From: a virus
Taxonomy: Duplodnaviria > Caudoviricetes
IMG/VR virus record: IMGVR_UViG_3300012933_000253
Location: 4,187 to 68,186 of that record
Length of the DNA stretch: 64,000 nt
Strand: one strand, 5' to 3'
This document shows positions 37,766 through 47,044 of this stretch, piece by piece. The notes beneath the pieces were generated by a model. The model was not told the origin of the DNA. It saw nothing but the letters and a program-made list of their open reading frames with translations, and ran no database searches. The stretch's first letter is position 1, and each line of letters starts with the position of its first letter. A program made the translations under genes and the position numbers.

Positions 37766-38698
37766 ATGCCACATTTTACAGCATTTGCGGGAAGTTTTAC
37801 GGGTCTATTGGGGTCAAGAGCTGTTGCATTACCTATATCATTTATCTCAGCCACCGGTGGAGCAGTTTCAATAGTCGGTGACTATAAATATCACGCATTT
37901 ACTAATTCAGGTACATTTACTATTACCGCCGCAGGCTCTGTGGGAAATGATAATGTTGAAGTCGTTGTAGTAGGTGGCGGCGGTGGTGGCGGAACAGGTA
38001 CTCTTTATTTTAGTCCTGGCGGAGGAGGTGGTGGCGGTGGTGTTTACTATTCTTCTTCACTCACTATAACTTCTGGCACATTCCCCGTAACTGTTGGAGC
38101 TGGTGGAGCATCCGGACCCGGTGGTGTCGGTGGGGATTCTTCAGTATTCTCTAAGATTGGTTTGGGTGGTGGCGCCGGCGGCAGTGGCGTATCTCCTCAA
38201 TCGACTTCGGTCAATGGCGGCTCCGGTGGCGGCCGCGGATGGATTCACGAAACTTCAACTCAGGGTCCGGGAACCGCCTCGCAAAGCACGAGCGCATCAG
38301 GTGGCTTTGGAACTAATGGAAGTAGCGGTACTAGTGACGGAAACGGAGTCGCTGGCAGCGGTGGCGGAGGTGGTGGCATCGCAACAGGTAAATTTCTATC
38401 TTCATTTGGGAATTGGGGTACTACATCAACTAATTCTATAGTTGAGTCATCTGGTAAAGGTTACTTTGGTGGTGGTGGAGCCGGCGGAGCCTACGCTGGT
38501 TTTACTGTGCCATCCGCAGTTAACGGTGGCGGAGGCAATGGCACCGCCGTTACTGTAGGTAACGCAGCAAAGATTAACACCGGTGGAGGAGGTGGCGGCG
38601 GTGGCAGTGACCAAACCGGCGGTACTGGAACTGGGTATCCGTGGAAAGGCGGAAACGGTGGTTCTGGTATTGTGATTATACGGTACCGATATCAATAA
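37766..38698 (+). CDS. Glycine-rich adhesin tip, class A module 1
   Basis: Starts MPHFTAFAGSF; ATGG....GDYKYHAFTNSGTF then a VVVGGGGGG...GGSGIVIIRY domain. Confidence 0.78.
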   Translation: MPHFTAFAGSFTGLLGSRAVALPISFISATGGAVSIVGDYKYHAFTNSGTFTITAAGSVGNDNVEVVVVGGGGGGGTGTLYFSPGGGGGGGGVYYSSSLTITSGTFPVTVGAGGASGPGGVGGDSSVFSKIGLGGGAGGSGVSPQSTSVNGGSGGGRGWIHETSTQGPGTASQSTSASGGFGTNGSSGTSDGNGVAGSGGGGGGIATGKFLSSFGNWGTTSTNSIVESSGKGYFGGGGAGGAYAGFTVPSAVNGGGGNGTAVTVGNAAKINTGGGGGGGGSDQTGGTGTGYPWKGGNGGSGIVIIRYRYQ

Positions 38699-38702
38699 TA
38701 AC

Positions 38703-38708
38703 TAAATA
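38703..38708 (+). promoter_or_regulatory. Late promoter motif (TAAATA), leaderless class
   Basis: acTAAATA then 4 nt then ATG 38713; no SD. Confidence 0.6.
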
Positions 38709-38712
38709 CATT

Positions 38713-39261
38713 ATGGCAATAAGTTTCCCTTCAAACCCCGCACTATACGATGTTTATACGTATAATAATAAGATATGGACCTACAACGGTACTCGTTGGG
38801 TAACGTCCGGCGCAAACTTAGTAACAACTAATAGCTCAGTAGTACCAATTACCGCATCGAATACTGCACCGGGAGCAACTGCAACCGGCTCAATTTGGAT
38901 CGATACCGATACCGGTGCGTTGAGTGTGTATGTGGGCGGTGCGTGGGTATTACCTTCAGCCGGTGTAATTAACTTAGCAGACAATGTTATTACTACAAAT
39001 GCCATTGCTGATGGTGCAGTAACTGCAAGTAAGTTAGCAGCCGGTGCCGCAGTACCTAGTCAGACCGGACAAACAGGAAAATATTTAACAACTGACGGAA
39101 ATTCAGCATCATGGGCAACCGTGAACTCATTGCCAACACAAACAAGTAATACTGGTAAGTACTTGACCACTGATGGAACTACAGCTTCATGGTCTACTGT
39201 TAGTGCAGGCACAACTGCTGCAAGAGCCGTAGGTCTATCACTAATCTTTGGAATGCAATAA
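38713..39261 (+). CDS. Short fibre carrier, class C module
   Basis: Start set at ATG 38713 (MAISFPSNP, homologous to the 42133/43704/47045 starts); GKYLTTDG..ASW repeats; ends ARAVGLSLIFGMQ. Confidence 0.75.
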   Translation: MAISFPSNPALYDVYTYNNKIWTYNGTRWVTSGANLVTTNSSVVPITASNTAPGATATGSIWIDTDTGALSVYVGGAWVLPSAGVINLADNVITTNAIADGAVTASKLAAGAAVPSQTGQTGKYLTTDGNSASWATVNSLPTQTSNTGKYLTTDGTTASWSTVSAGTTAARAVGLSLIFGMQ

Positions 39262-39614
39262 TGGCAACACCTAATTTAATCAATGCAACTACAATCAATG
39301 GGCTAACTGCGGTTGCATTAGTCACTACGACACCTACATCAATCGTTTCTAACGCAGGATCAAGCGGTAAAGCACAGAGAATTAACTCAATTCTTATATC
39401 AAATGTAAACGGAACCGCAGCAGCTACAGTAACAATCTCAGTTTTACGAAGTGCAACGAGCTACCGTGTTGCATATTTAATGAGCGTACCAGCAGCATCT
39501 ACACTTGATATTCTTAGCAAAGTCTTATATTTGAATGAAGGTGATGCACTACAGGTTTCAGCAAGTGTTAACTCGTATTTGGAGGCTGTAGTAAGCTACG
39601 AGGAGATTAGTTAA
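39261..39614 (+). CDS. 117-aa adaptor protein, class C module
   Basis: MATPNLINATTING..; C-terminus L.EGD.L.V.AS....LEAVVSYEEIS; TAATG-coupled on both sides. Confidence 0.72.
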   Translation: MATPNLINATTINGLTAVALVTTTPTSIVSNAGSSGKAQRINSILISNVNGTAAATVTISVLRSATSYRVAYLMSVPAASTLDILSKVLYLNEGDALQVSASVNSYLEAVVSYEEIS

Positions 39615-42118
39615 TGGGACGCAGAGCAAACGCTGGCTTAGTGGGCCCGCGATATAATGCCGGCTATGGTGTAGCCGCAGGGTTGTTTACCTTATCAGAA
39701 GTCCAACAATTAATTCAATCTGGATTTTTTGCAACCGCGCCCGCAGCAACTGCGGCAGTTGCAGTTCCTTATACTACTGCCGGAACATATAGTTGGGTCG
39801 TTCCGTACGGAGTTACTCAAGTTACTGCATATGTTTGGGGCGCAGGTGGCGGTCCCGGCACAGTAGGTGGATGGAGCTATGGCTCATCAGGTGGTGCAGG
39901 CGGCGCAGCAAGAGGAACAATAGCGGTGACTCCGGGCTCAACACTGTATCTAACAGTAGGTGGCGCAGGACAACAAAACCCCACTACATATACAATTGGT
40001 GGCGGCGCACCTCCTGCAACCGGCGGATCCGATAATAGATACGGTGGCGGAGGTGGAGGCTACAGTGGAATATTTTCAGGATCTTCTGCATCACAAGCAA
40101 ACGCACTTCTTATGGCAGGTGGCGGTGGCGGTGGCGGTTCAAGTAGAGCAGGTACTGGCAATGCAGGTGGTGCAGGAGGTGGCTCTACCGGCGAAACTGG
40201 ATATAGTCCATATGACGGAAAACAAGCATACGGCGGCGCAGGCGGTACACAGGTAAATTGTCCAGCAAACACCGGCGGTAATCCTGGATCAGCACTAACC
40301 GGAGGTACAGTAGGAACTGGCTTCTATGGTGGCGGTGGTGGTGGCGGTTACTGGGGTGGCGGCGGCGGTGGCTACTCTGAATCAAATACAATGGCAGGCG
40401 GCGGTGGTGGCTCTGGCTACTTCAACCCATCGTTTGTTACTAGTGCTGTATTGACAGCAGGTGTGGGGACAACAGCAGGTGACAATGCGAACTCACTCAA
40501 GCCAACTGGCGCTGGCAATCCATCGAATAACGGTGCAATATTACTCACGTTCCAAGCCCCAAATATATCAGTGTTTACTAATTCAGGTACATGGGTTTGT
40601 CCAACAGGGGTATCTTCTGTTGAAGTGTTAACTGTAGCCGGTGGCGGTGGCGGTGGCGGATATATTGGCGGTGGCGGTGGCGGTGGTGGTTTTGTACTTA
40701 CGACAAGTTCAACCGTAATACCCGGCACAACATATGCGGTAACAGTCGGCGCAGGTGGCGCAGCAGGAATAGGTCAATCATCTAGTGGTGTGAACGGTGG
40801 TAATTCTTCGTTCAACAGCATAACAGCTACCGGCGGAGGCGGCGGGGGAATGTCAGGCTCACTAGGCTCAAACGGTGGCTCAGGTGGAGGCGCTGGCGGC
40901 ACAGGTGGCGGTAACAACTCAGGCGGAACTGCCTCACCTATTGGTCAAGGAAACAACGGCGGCTCAAACTTTGGTCAAGGCAGCGTAGGACCAGCAGGTG
41001 GCGGTGGTGGAGCCGGCAGTGCAGGAACTAACGCAGTTAGTAGTGTAGCCGGTAATGGCGGTCTCGGAGTTTATTCTGCTATGGCAGGCTCTGGTAAATA
41101 CTATAGTGGTGGCGGTGGCGGTGGCATTATCGGAAACACGGCAGGTCTCGGTGGCTCTGGTGTAGGTGGAAACGGTACTGGAGCATCAGCTAATGGATCT
41201 AACGCTACTGAAAACTCCGGAGGCGGTGGAGGAGGCGGTGGTTCTTCTAGCGGAAATAATGGCGGCACTGGCGGTAGTGGTTTAGTTGTCATTCGATGGG
41301 TTAGTACTGCTATCACGCCGACAGTTCAAGCACTAGTTGTTGCAGGCGGTGGCGGCGGCGGAACAGACCAAGGCGGCGGCGGCGGTGCAGGAGGTCTACT
41401 ATATTCTAGCTCAGTTAGTATCACACCGGGTACCCCGTATACAGTAACAGTCGGTGCAGGCGGCGCAGCAGGAACAGTTGGATCTAGTTCTACGTTTATG
41501 TCAATGGTTGCAGCTGGTGGCGGTCGCGGCGGCAATTTATCTAGTAACGGATCAGTGGGAGGTTCAGGTGGTGGCGGTGGCGGAGCAAACAGTAATGCTC
41601 AAGGTCAAGGAGCTGCAACAAGTCCTTCTGGTCAAGGCAATGTCGGCGGCAATGGTGCAATTGGAACTGGTCAAAACGGCGGTGGTGGTGGTGGTTCAAG
41701 TGCTGCAGGTGGTGCAGGAACTGGTGGCGGAGCTGGCGGAGCTGGCGGCGCAGGAATATATTACGCACAGTTTGTAACTCTCGGAGCTAGTGGATACTTC
41801 GCTGGCGGTGGCGGCGGTGGTGCCTATAACGGAACTAGTACCGCTGCTGGTGTCGGTGGTACAGGCGGCGGAGGTGCTGGTGCATATGGTAACTCATCTA
41901 GTCCCGGTACTGCAGGAACAGCTAACACCGGCGGCGGCGGAGGTGGCGGACAAGGTAACGGGTCATCTGTCGGCGGAGCCGGAGGCTCAGGTACTGTAAT
42001 TTTAGCACATCCTTCTTCATACGCTACTGCAAGAATAATCTCAGGAAGTGTAACTGTTACTACGATTGCCGGAAATACGGTATACTCGTTCACTAGTTCA
42101 GGCACTATAACCTTCTAA
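39614..42118 (+). CDS. Glycine-rich adhesin tip with three glycine-rich domains, class C module
   Basis: Three domains beginning VWGAGGG, TVAGGGGGG and VVAGGGGGG; ends YSFTSSGTITF. Confidence 0.78.
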   Translation: MGRRANAGLVGPRYNAGYGVAAGLFTLSEVQQLIQSGFFATAPAATAAVAVPYTTAGTYSWVVPYGVTQVTAYVWGAGGGPGTVGGWSYGSSGGAGGAARGTIAVTPGSTLYLTVGGAGQQNPTTYTIGGGAPPATGGSDNRYGGGGGGYSGIFSGSSASQANALLMAGGGGGGGSSRAGTGNAGGAGGGSTGETGYSPYDGKQAYGGAGGTQVNCPANTGGNPGSALTGGTVGTGFYGGGGGGGYWGGGGGGYSESNTMAGGGGGSGYFNPSFVTSAVLTAGVGTTAGDNANSLKPTGAGNPSNNGAILLTFQAPNISVFTNSGTWVCPTGVSSVEVLTVAGGGGGGGYIGGGGGGGGFVLTTSSTVIPGTTYAVTVGAGGAAGIGQSSSGVNGGNSSFNSITATGGGGGGMSGSLGSNGGSGGGAGGTGGGNNSGGTASPIGQGNNGGSNFGQGSVGPAGGGGGAGSAGTNAVSSVAGNGGLGVYSAMAGSGKYYSGGGGGGIIGNTAGLGGSGVGGNGTGASANGSNATENSGGGGGGGGSSSGNNGGTGGSGLVVIRWVSTAITPTVQALVVAGGGGGGTDQGGGGGAGGLLYSSSVSITPGTPYTVTVGAGGAAGTVGSSSTFMSMVAAGGGRGGNLSSNGSVGGSGGGGGGANSNAQGQGAATSPSGQGNVGGNGAIGTGQNGGGGGGSSAAGGAGTGGGAGGAGGAGIYYAQFVTLGASGYFAGGGGGGAYNGTSTAAGVGGTGGGGAGAYGNSSSPGTAGTANTGGGGGGGQGNGSSVGGAGGSGTVILAHPSSYATARIISGSVTVTTIAGNTVYSFTSSGTITF

Positions 42119-42121
42119 GAA

Positions 42122-42127
42122 TAAATA
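42122..42127 (+). promoter_or_regulatory. Late promoter motif (TAAATA), leaderless class
   Basis: aaTAAATA then 5 nt then ATG 42133; no SD. Confidence 0.6.
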
Positions 42128-42132
42128 CTACT

Positions 42133-43704
42133 ATGGCACTATCATTTCCTGCGAATCCTTCTAATAATCAATCATACACATCAAACGGCACGACTTGGAC
42201 GTTTGATGGTAAGCGCTGGAATCCCAGAAATGCGATTGCAGGTGAAGGTGTTACTGGTGCAGTCGGAGTAGCAAGCGTTGCACCAACTGGCGCAGGCACC
42301 GGCGCGTTATGGATGAATAGTGAAACAGGGGATATCTCAGTTTACACTGGTACTGGATGGGTGGCTATTGGTAGTATTAGTCCTATCTCTATTACTAACA
42401 GTTATGTAACTACTAATATGGTAGCTAACGGGGCAATCACTGCGGAAAAGATTAGCAACTCTGTCTCGTTAACTCCGGGTGATGGATCTATTACAACCGC
42501 TAAACTAGCTAATGGTGCTGTTACTGCATCAAAACTAGCTGCCGGTGCAGCAGTACCGTCTCAAACCGGACAATCGGGAAAATATTTGACTACTGACGGG
42601 AATACTGCAACATGGGGAACAGTTAATTCGTTACCTACTCAAACTAGTAATTCAGGCAAGTATCTAACAACTGATGGTAATACTGCATCATGGGGAACTG
42701 TTACTTCTACACCCGCAGATGGCTCAATCACGCCCGCTAAACTCAGTGAAAGTACGTCATATTGGCCAATGGCAGTGGGAAATACTTTACAGAGACCCGC
42801 GTCTCCGATGCAAGGGTATACAAGGATAAATTCAGAAACTAACTATGTTGAAATTTACTACAACTCAAGTTGGATTACTACTCAGTTTGTAGGACTAATG
42901 TCTGCAACTTATTCAGGTGCAACGGCAACTACCTCCGGTAATTATAGAATTCTGTCCTTTACTGCTAGTGGAACTTTTACTGTAACTTCCGCTCCTCCTG
43001 GATCATCTGTTGAATATCTCATCGTTGCTGGCGGCGGCGGCGGTGGTGGCGGACAAGGCGGCGGCGGAGGGGGCGCCGGTGGTCTATTAACTGGAACTTT
43101 CTCACCTTCTGTACAAACATATTCAATCACCGTAGGCGCAGGCGGACCGGCGGTTAATAATGGGTCAAGTTCTTCGGCATTCAGTCTTACTGCAATCGGC
43201 GGAGGCTCAGGCTCAGGTGAAACTAATTACTCTGCCGGTCAAGTGGGCGGCAGTGGAGGTGGCGGTGGTTCGGTCAGTAGCACTAGTCACTTGGGTGGAA
43301 ACGGGACTGCTGGTCAAGGTACTGCAGGAGCTAATGGGTATACAAATGGTAGCTCGGTACGTACAGGTGGAGGTGGAGGTGGCGCTGGAGCCACTGGAAC
43401 TGCCGGCACTAGTAGCACTCCTGGTATTGGTGGCGCAGGATCTTCATCGAGTATCACCGGTACTGCGACAGTTTATGCAGGTGGTGGCGGTGGTGGCGCA
43501 TATGTCGGTGGTGCTGTAACAGGTGGACTTGGTGGAAATGGCGGCGGAGGACAAGGTGGTTCTCGAACATCAGATAGTTCTACAACCGGAGCTAACGGAA
43601 CTGCCAACACAGGTGGCGGTGGTGGAGGAGCAGGCGCAGTTTATCCAGCAGGCGGCGCTGCAGGCGGCTCCGGAATAGTAATTATCAAGTATAGGTTTCA
43701 ATAA
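42133..43704 (+). CDS. Fused carrier plus glycine-rich adhesin (class E)
   Basis: MALSFPANP anchor, GKYLTTDG linker, G..R.N.ETNY.E.YYN.SW motif, then a glycine-rich domain. Confidence 0.78.
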   Translation: MALSFPANPSNNQSYTSNGTTWTFDGKRWNPRNAIAGEGVTGAVGVASVAPTGAGTGALWMNSETGDISVYTGTGWVAIGSISPISITNSYVTTNMVANGAITAEKISNSVSLTPGDGSITTAKLANGAVTASKLAAGAAVPSQTGQSGKYLTTDGNTATWGTVNSLPTQTSNSGKYLTTDGNTASWGTVTSTPADGSITPAKLSESTSYWPMAVGNTLQRPASPMQGYTRINSETNYVEIYYNSSWITTQFVGLMSATYSGATATTSGNYRILSFTASGTFTVTSAPPGSSVEYLIVAGGGGGGGGQGGGGGGAGGLLTGTFSPSVQTYSITVGAGGPAVNNGSSSSAFSLTAIGGGSGSGETNYSAGQVGGSGGGGGSVSSTSHLGGNGTAGQGTAGANGYTNGSSVRTGGGGGGAGATGTAGTSSTPGIGGAGSSSSITGTATVYAGGGGGGAYVGGAVTGGLGGNGGGGQGGSRTSDSSTTGANGTANTGGGGGGAGAVYPAGGAAGGSGIVIIKYRFQ

Positions 43705-45023
43705 TGGCAATTAGTTTCCCTTCAACCCCAGCAACAAATGACGTATACACGTACAATAATAAGTCTTGGACTTATAACGGTAGTGTTTGGATTCAAAACA
43801 CGACAACAATTTTTACGTTGGATGATAATGTAGTTACTACTTCAAAGATTGCTGACGGAGCAGTAACAGCAGTTAAATTAGCAGCAGGCGCAGCAGTACC
43901 TAGTCAGACCGGTAACTCAGGCAAGTACTTAACAACTGACGGTGAAGTTGCAACATGGGGTACAGTCAACTCATTGCCACCCCAAGATACCAACTCAGGT
44001 AAGTACTTAACAACTGATGGAAATACTGCATCATGGGGGACTGTTACTACTACTCCGGCAGATGGCTCGATTACTCCGGTTAAGTTGGCGTTAGGCACAA
44101 CTTACTTGCCAATGGCGATAGGCACTACTGCTGAAAGACCATCTACCCCTGCATCAGGGTATACACGAATAAACACAACTACTAACTATTTTGAAGTCTA
44201 TTACAATAGTCAGTGGATTAACTTGCAATACATCGGTGCAATGACTATAACATATACAGGAACACCGACGGTTACTACTAGTGGTGGGTTCACTACATTG
44301 CAGTTCACTTCCTCAGGTTCTATCACAGTCACTAACATGCAATCAGGTTCTACTTTTGAATATCTCATGGTAGCCGGTGGCGGTGGCGGTGGCAACACAA
44401 TGGGCGGAGGAGGAGGAGCTGGTGGACTATTATACAACAGTGGCTTCTCACCTGCAACGAGCAACCAATACTCATTTACGATTGGTGCAGGTGGCGCAGG
44501 TGCAACAAACAGAAGCACCGTCGGCGGTAGTGGTACAAATACAACTGGATTCACTTTGACATGTGTAGGTGGTGGCGGCGGAGCTGGTTGGGAATCAGCG
44601 AACGGTGCTGCAGGCGGCTCGGGCGGCGGCGGACCTAATGCTAGAACAGCTGGTACAGGAACTGCCGGCCAAGGAAACATGGGCGGCGCCTCTAGCACAG
44701 GTCAAGCAGGTGGCGGTGGCGGCGGCGCAACTACTGCAGGAACTAATGGATCAAGTGGTCCGGGTGGTGCAGGCTACAACATGACATCAATCGGTCTATC
44801 ATTTGGCGGTGGTGGAGGTGGAGGCTGGGGTTCAGGATATGGAACAAGCCAGGGCGGAGCCGGAGGAGTCGGTGGCGGAGGACAAGGTGGTCAGGCTGTT
44901 GCAGGCACGAACGCTACTGCAAACACCGGTGGCGGTGGCGGAGGTGGCGGCTTTGGTCCCGGCGACTATAATGGTGGCAACGGTGCATCCGGCACAGTAG
45001 TAATTAGATACCGGTCAACATAA
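43704..45023 (+). CDS. Fused carrier plus glycine-rich adhesin (class E), paralog of 42133
   Basis: MAISFPSTP anchor with the same linker and a divergent glycine-rich domain; TAATG-coupled to 42133. Confidence 0.78.
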   Translation: MAISFPSTPATNDVYTYNNKSWTYNGSVWIQNTTTIFTLDDNVVTTSKIADGAVTAVKLAAGAAVPSQTGNSGKYLTTDGEVATWGTVNSLPPQDTNSGKYLTTDGNTASWGTVTTTPADGSITPVKLALGTTYLPMAIGTTAERPSTPASGYTRINTTTNYFEVYYNSQWINLQYIGAMTITYTGTPTVTTSGGFTTLQFTSSGSITVTNMQSGSTFEYLMVAGGGGGGNTMGGGGGAGGLLYNSGFSPATSNQYSFTIGAGGAGATNRSTVGGSGTNTTGFTLTCVGGGGGAGWESANGAAGGSGGGGPNARTAGTGTAGQGNMGGASSTGQAGGGGGGATTAGTNGSSGPGGAGYNMTSIGLSFGGGGGGGWGSGYGTSQGGAGGVGGGGQGGQAVAGTNATANTGGGGGGGGFGPGDYNGGNGASGTVVIRYRST

Positions 45024-45026
45024 ATA
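45021..45026 (+). promoter_or_regulatory. Late promoter motif (TAAATA) heading class A module 2
   Basis: Overlaps the stop of the 43704 gene; SD AAGG; ATG 45042. Confidence 0.55.
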
Positions 45027-45041
45027 ATTTAAGGTTAAGCA

Positions 45042-46106
45042 ATGTCAATTTTAAAGATAGAACCACAAGTAGCAAACAATACAGCAAACTTTGCGTTTGG
45101 CAATGTATTTGCGGCTAACTATTATTATGCTAATGGAACAATCTTTTCAGGCGGCAGCAGTGGTGGAGGTGGAACAGGTACCGTCAAGTACACAGCAGAT
45201 GCAAACCCTCCTTCATCTAACAACAGTCCCGGCGACCAGTGGTATAATACTACCGCGCAAATATTATATGAATACATCAATGACGGTACGGGTAACTATT
45301 GGGTAGACATATTATCGCCTACTGTTGCCGCGACTGCATCCACGTTAATGAGTGCTGGAAACAGTAACGTAACCTTAGTAGACAGTGGAAATCTTTCGAT
45401 AAACATAGGCGGGACTAGTAATGTATTAGTGGTCGCCAATAACTCTGCAATTGTAACTGGCAATATAGTAGTCTCTGGGAACATAGTAGGTAACTTAACT
45501 GGTAACACTGCTATCGTCAATAACGGATTCTACTCTACTAACAATTTTACCGGTACATTTACAGATGGTATTGTAGTTGACTACGTTACTGGCAACGGTC
45601 GCATCAGTGTAGGTACTAGCGATGGTATAAATTTCTATAAGAATGGTGTAGGCAATACATTGATTCACTCAATTGATGCGAACGGCAACACAACAGTGTC
45701 AGGTGCATTAACTGTAGCTGGTTCTACGTTGTTAGGTGGCTCGACTACTATTAAGCAAACTTCTGAAATTTATGTTACTAAAAATGCCTCAACCGGAGTA
45801 GTAACACATGACTTAACGACAGCAGGAACATTCTTTCACACTAGCCCTGTTGCAAACTTTACGGCTAATTTCACAAACGTATCAACTACTGACGCAAGAA
45901 TTATTGTAGTTTCATTGATAATTCCTCAGGCTAGTACAGCGTATGTACCTACAGCAGTTCAGATTGAAGGGGTTGCACAAACAGTTAAGTGGTTGAACGG
46001 TACCGCACCAACTGGCAATGCATCTAAGACAGATATTATCTCGTATAGTTTACAGAGAAGTACAACAACTTGGATAGTGTACGGACAAGCAGCAAGTTAT
46101 AGTTAA
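45042..46106 (+). CDS. Fibre carrier with class A C-terminal domain
   Basis: PGDQWYN motif; C-terminus HDLTTAGTFFHTSPVANFTANFTNV...QIEG...VKWLNG..P.G...K.D.ISY..R...W.V. Confidence 0.78.
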   Translation: MSILKIEPQVANNTANFAFGNVFAANYYYANGTIFSGGSSGGGGTGTVKYTADANPPSSNNSPGDQWYNTTAQILYEYINDGTGNYWVDILSPTVAATASTLMSAGNSNVTLVDSGNLSINIGGTSNVLVVANNSAIVTGNIVVSGNIVGNLTGNTAIVNNGFYSTNNFTGTFTDGIVVDYVTGNGRISVGTSDGINFYKNGVGNTLIHSIDANGNTTVSGALTVAGSTLLGGSTTIKQTSEIYVTKNASTGVVTHDLTTAGTFFHTSPVANFTANFTNVSTTDARIIVVSLIIPQASTAYVPTAVQIEGVAQTVKWLNGTAPTGNASKTDIISYSLQRSTTTWIVYGQAASYS

Positions 46107-46108
46107 TC

Positions 46109-47008
46109 ATGTCAAAGTTTTCTTCCTTCAACGGCGGCTTTGCAGGCGCAACCTCTAGAGGAACTGTCACTACATCTATCATTTATGGACAGCAAGCATA
46201 TACCACTGCAGGGACATATACATGGACTGCACCAGCCGGAGTTACTTCTGTTAGTGTTGTTGCTGTTGGCGGCGGCGGCGGTGGCACAAGTGTGTACGAT
46301 ACTATCCAGCTAGGCAGAGGTGGCGGTGGAGGTCTTGGTTGGAAGAATAATATAGTAGTGGTTCCTGGACAGACTTATACTGTTGTAGTAGGTGCCGGAG
46401 GTGCTGCTGCAACAGCAGGCGGCAACGGAAGTGATAGTTACTTTATCAATACGTCAACAGTTAAAGGTGGAGGAGGTTCAAATAACGGTGTCGGCGGAAC
46501 ATTCACCGGTGATGGTGGAGGTAATGGCGGAGATGCGCCAATGGCAAATTATCGAGGCGGAGGCGGAGCCGGTGGTTACTCGGGTAACGGCGGACAAGGT
46601 GGAGAGTACGGTGGCACCGGAGGCACCGGAGGCACTGGAGCCACAGACGGTTCAGGTGGTGGCGGCGCAGGGGGCTGGGGCGGAACTCCGCAAGAAGCCG
46701 GCGGTTCAAGTGGTGGCGGTGTTGGTATATTAGGACAAGGCGCAAACGGAGTCGTAGGTGCCCAAGGTGCATATGGCAACGCCGGTGGAGGCGGAGGCTC
46801 AGGTGGTGCAAACGGCGGAGCCAGTCAATATCGTGCAGTATCATTCGCAGGCGGCTTGTATGGTGGCGGTGGTGGTCCTGGTGGCTGGTACGCAACCGGC
46901 GGACCCGGTGGCGGTGGCGCAGTTAGAATTATTTGGGGAAATATTAATAGCGCCGGAACAGTTTCTGGGATTAGAGCTTTCCCGTCTACTAGAACAACTG
47001 ACCTCTGA
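46109..47008 (+). CDS. Glycine-rich adhesin tip, class A module 2
   Basis: Starts MSKFSSFNGGF; YTTAGTYTWTAP.GVTSVSVVAVGGGGGG...GGAVRIIWG...R.FPST. Confidence 0.78.
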   Translation: MSKFSSFNGGFAGATSRGTVTTSIIYGQQAYTTAGTYTWTAPAGVTSVSVVAVGGGGGGTSVYDTIQLGRGGGGGLGWKNNIVVVPGQTYTVVVGAGGAAATAGGNGSDSYFINTSTVKGGGGSNNGVGGTFTGDGGGNGGDAPMANYRGGGGAGGYSGNGGQGGEYGGTGGTGGTGATDGSGGGGAGGWGGTPQEAGGSSGGGVGILGQGANGVVGAQGAYGNAGGGGGSGGANGGASQYRAVSFAGGLYGGGGGPGGWYATGGPGGGGAVRIIWGNINSAGTVSGIRAFPSTRTTDL

Positions 47009-47018
47009 TATCTACTAG

Positions 47019-47026
47019 TATAAATA
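47019..47026 (+). promoter_or_regulatory. Perfect T4 late promoter TATAAATA heading class A module 3
   Basis: TATAAATA; SD TAAGG; ATG 47045. Confidence 0.65.
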
Positions 47027-47044
47027 TTATAATAAGGTAAGATA

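Noticed and set aside
38641-38712. ORF-track start at 38641
   Set aside because: It overlaps the previous gene; ATG 38713 gives the MAISFP N-terminus conserved in paralogs.
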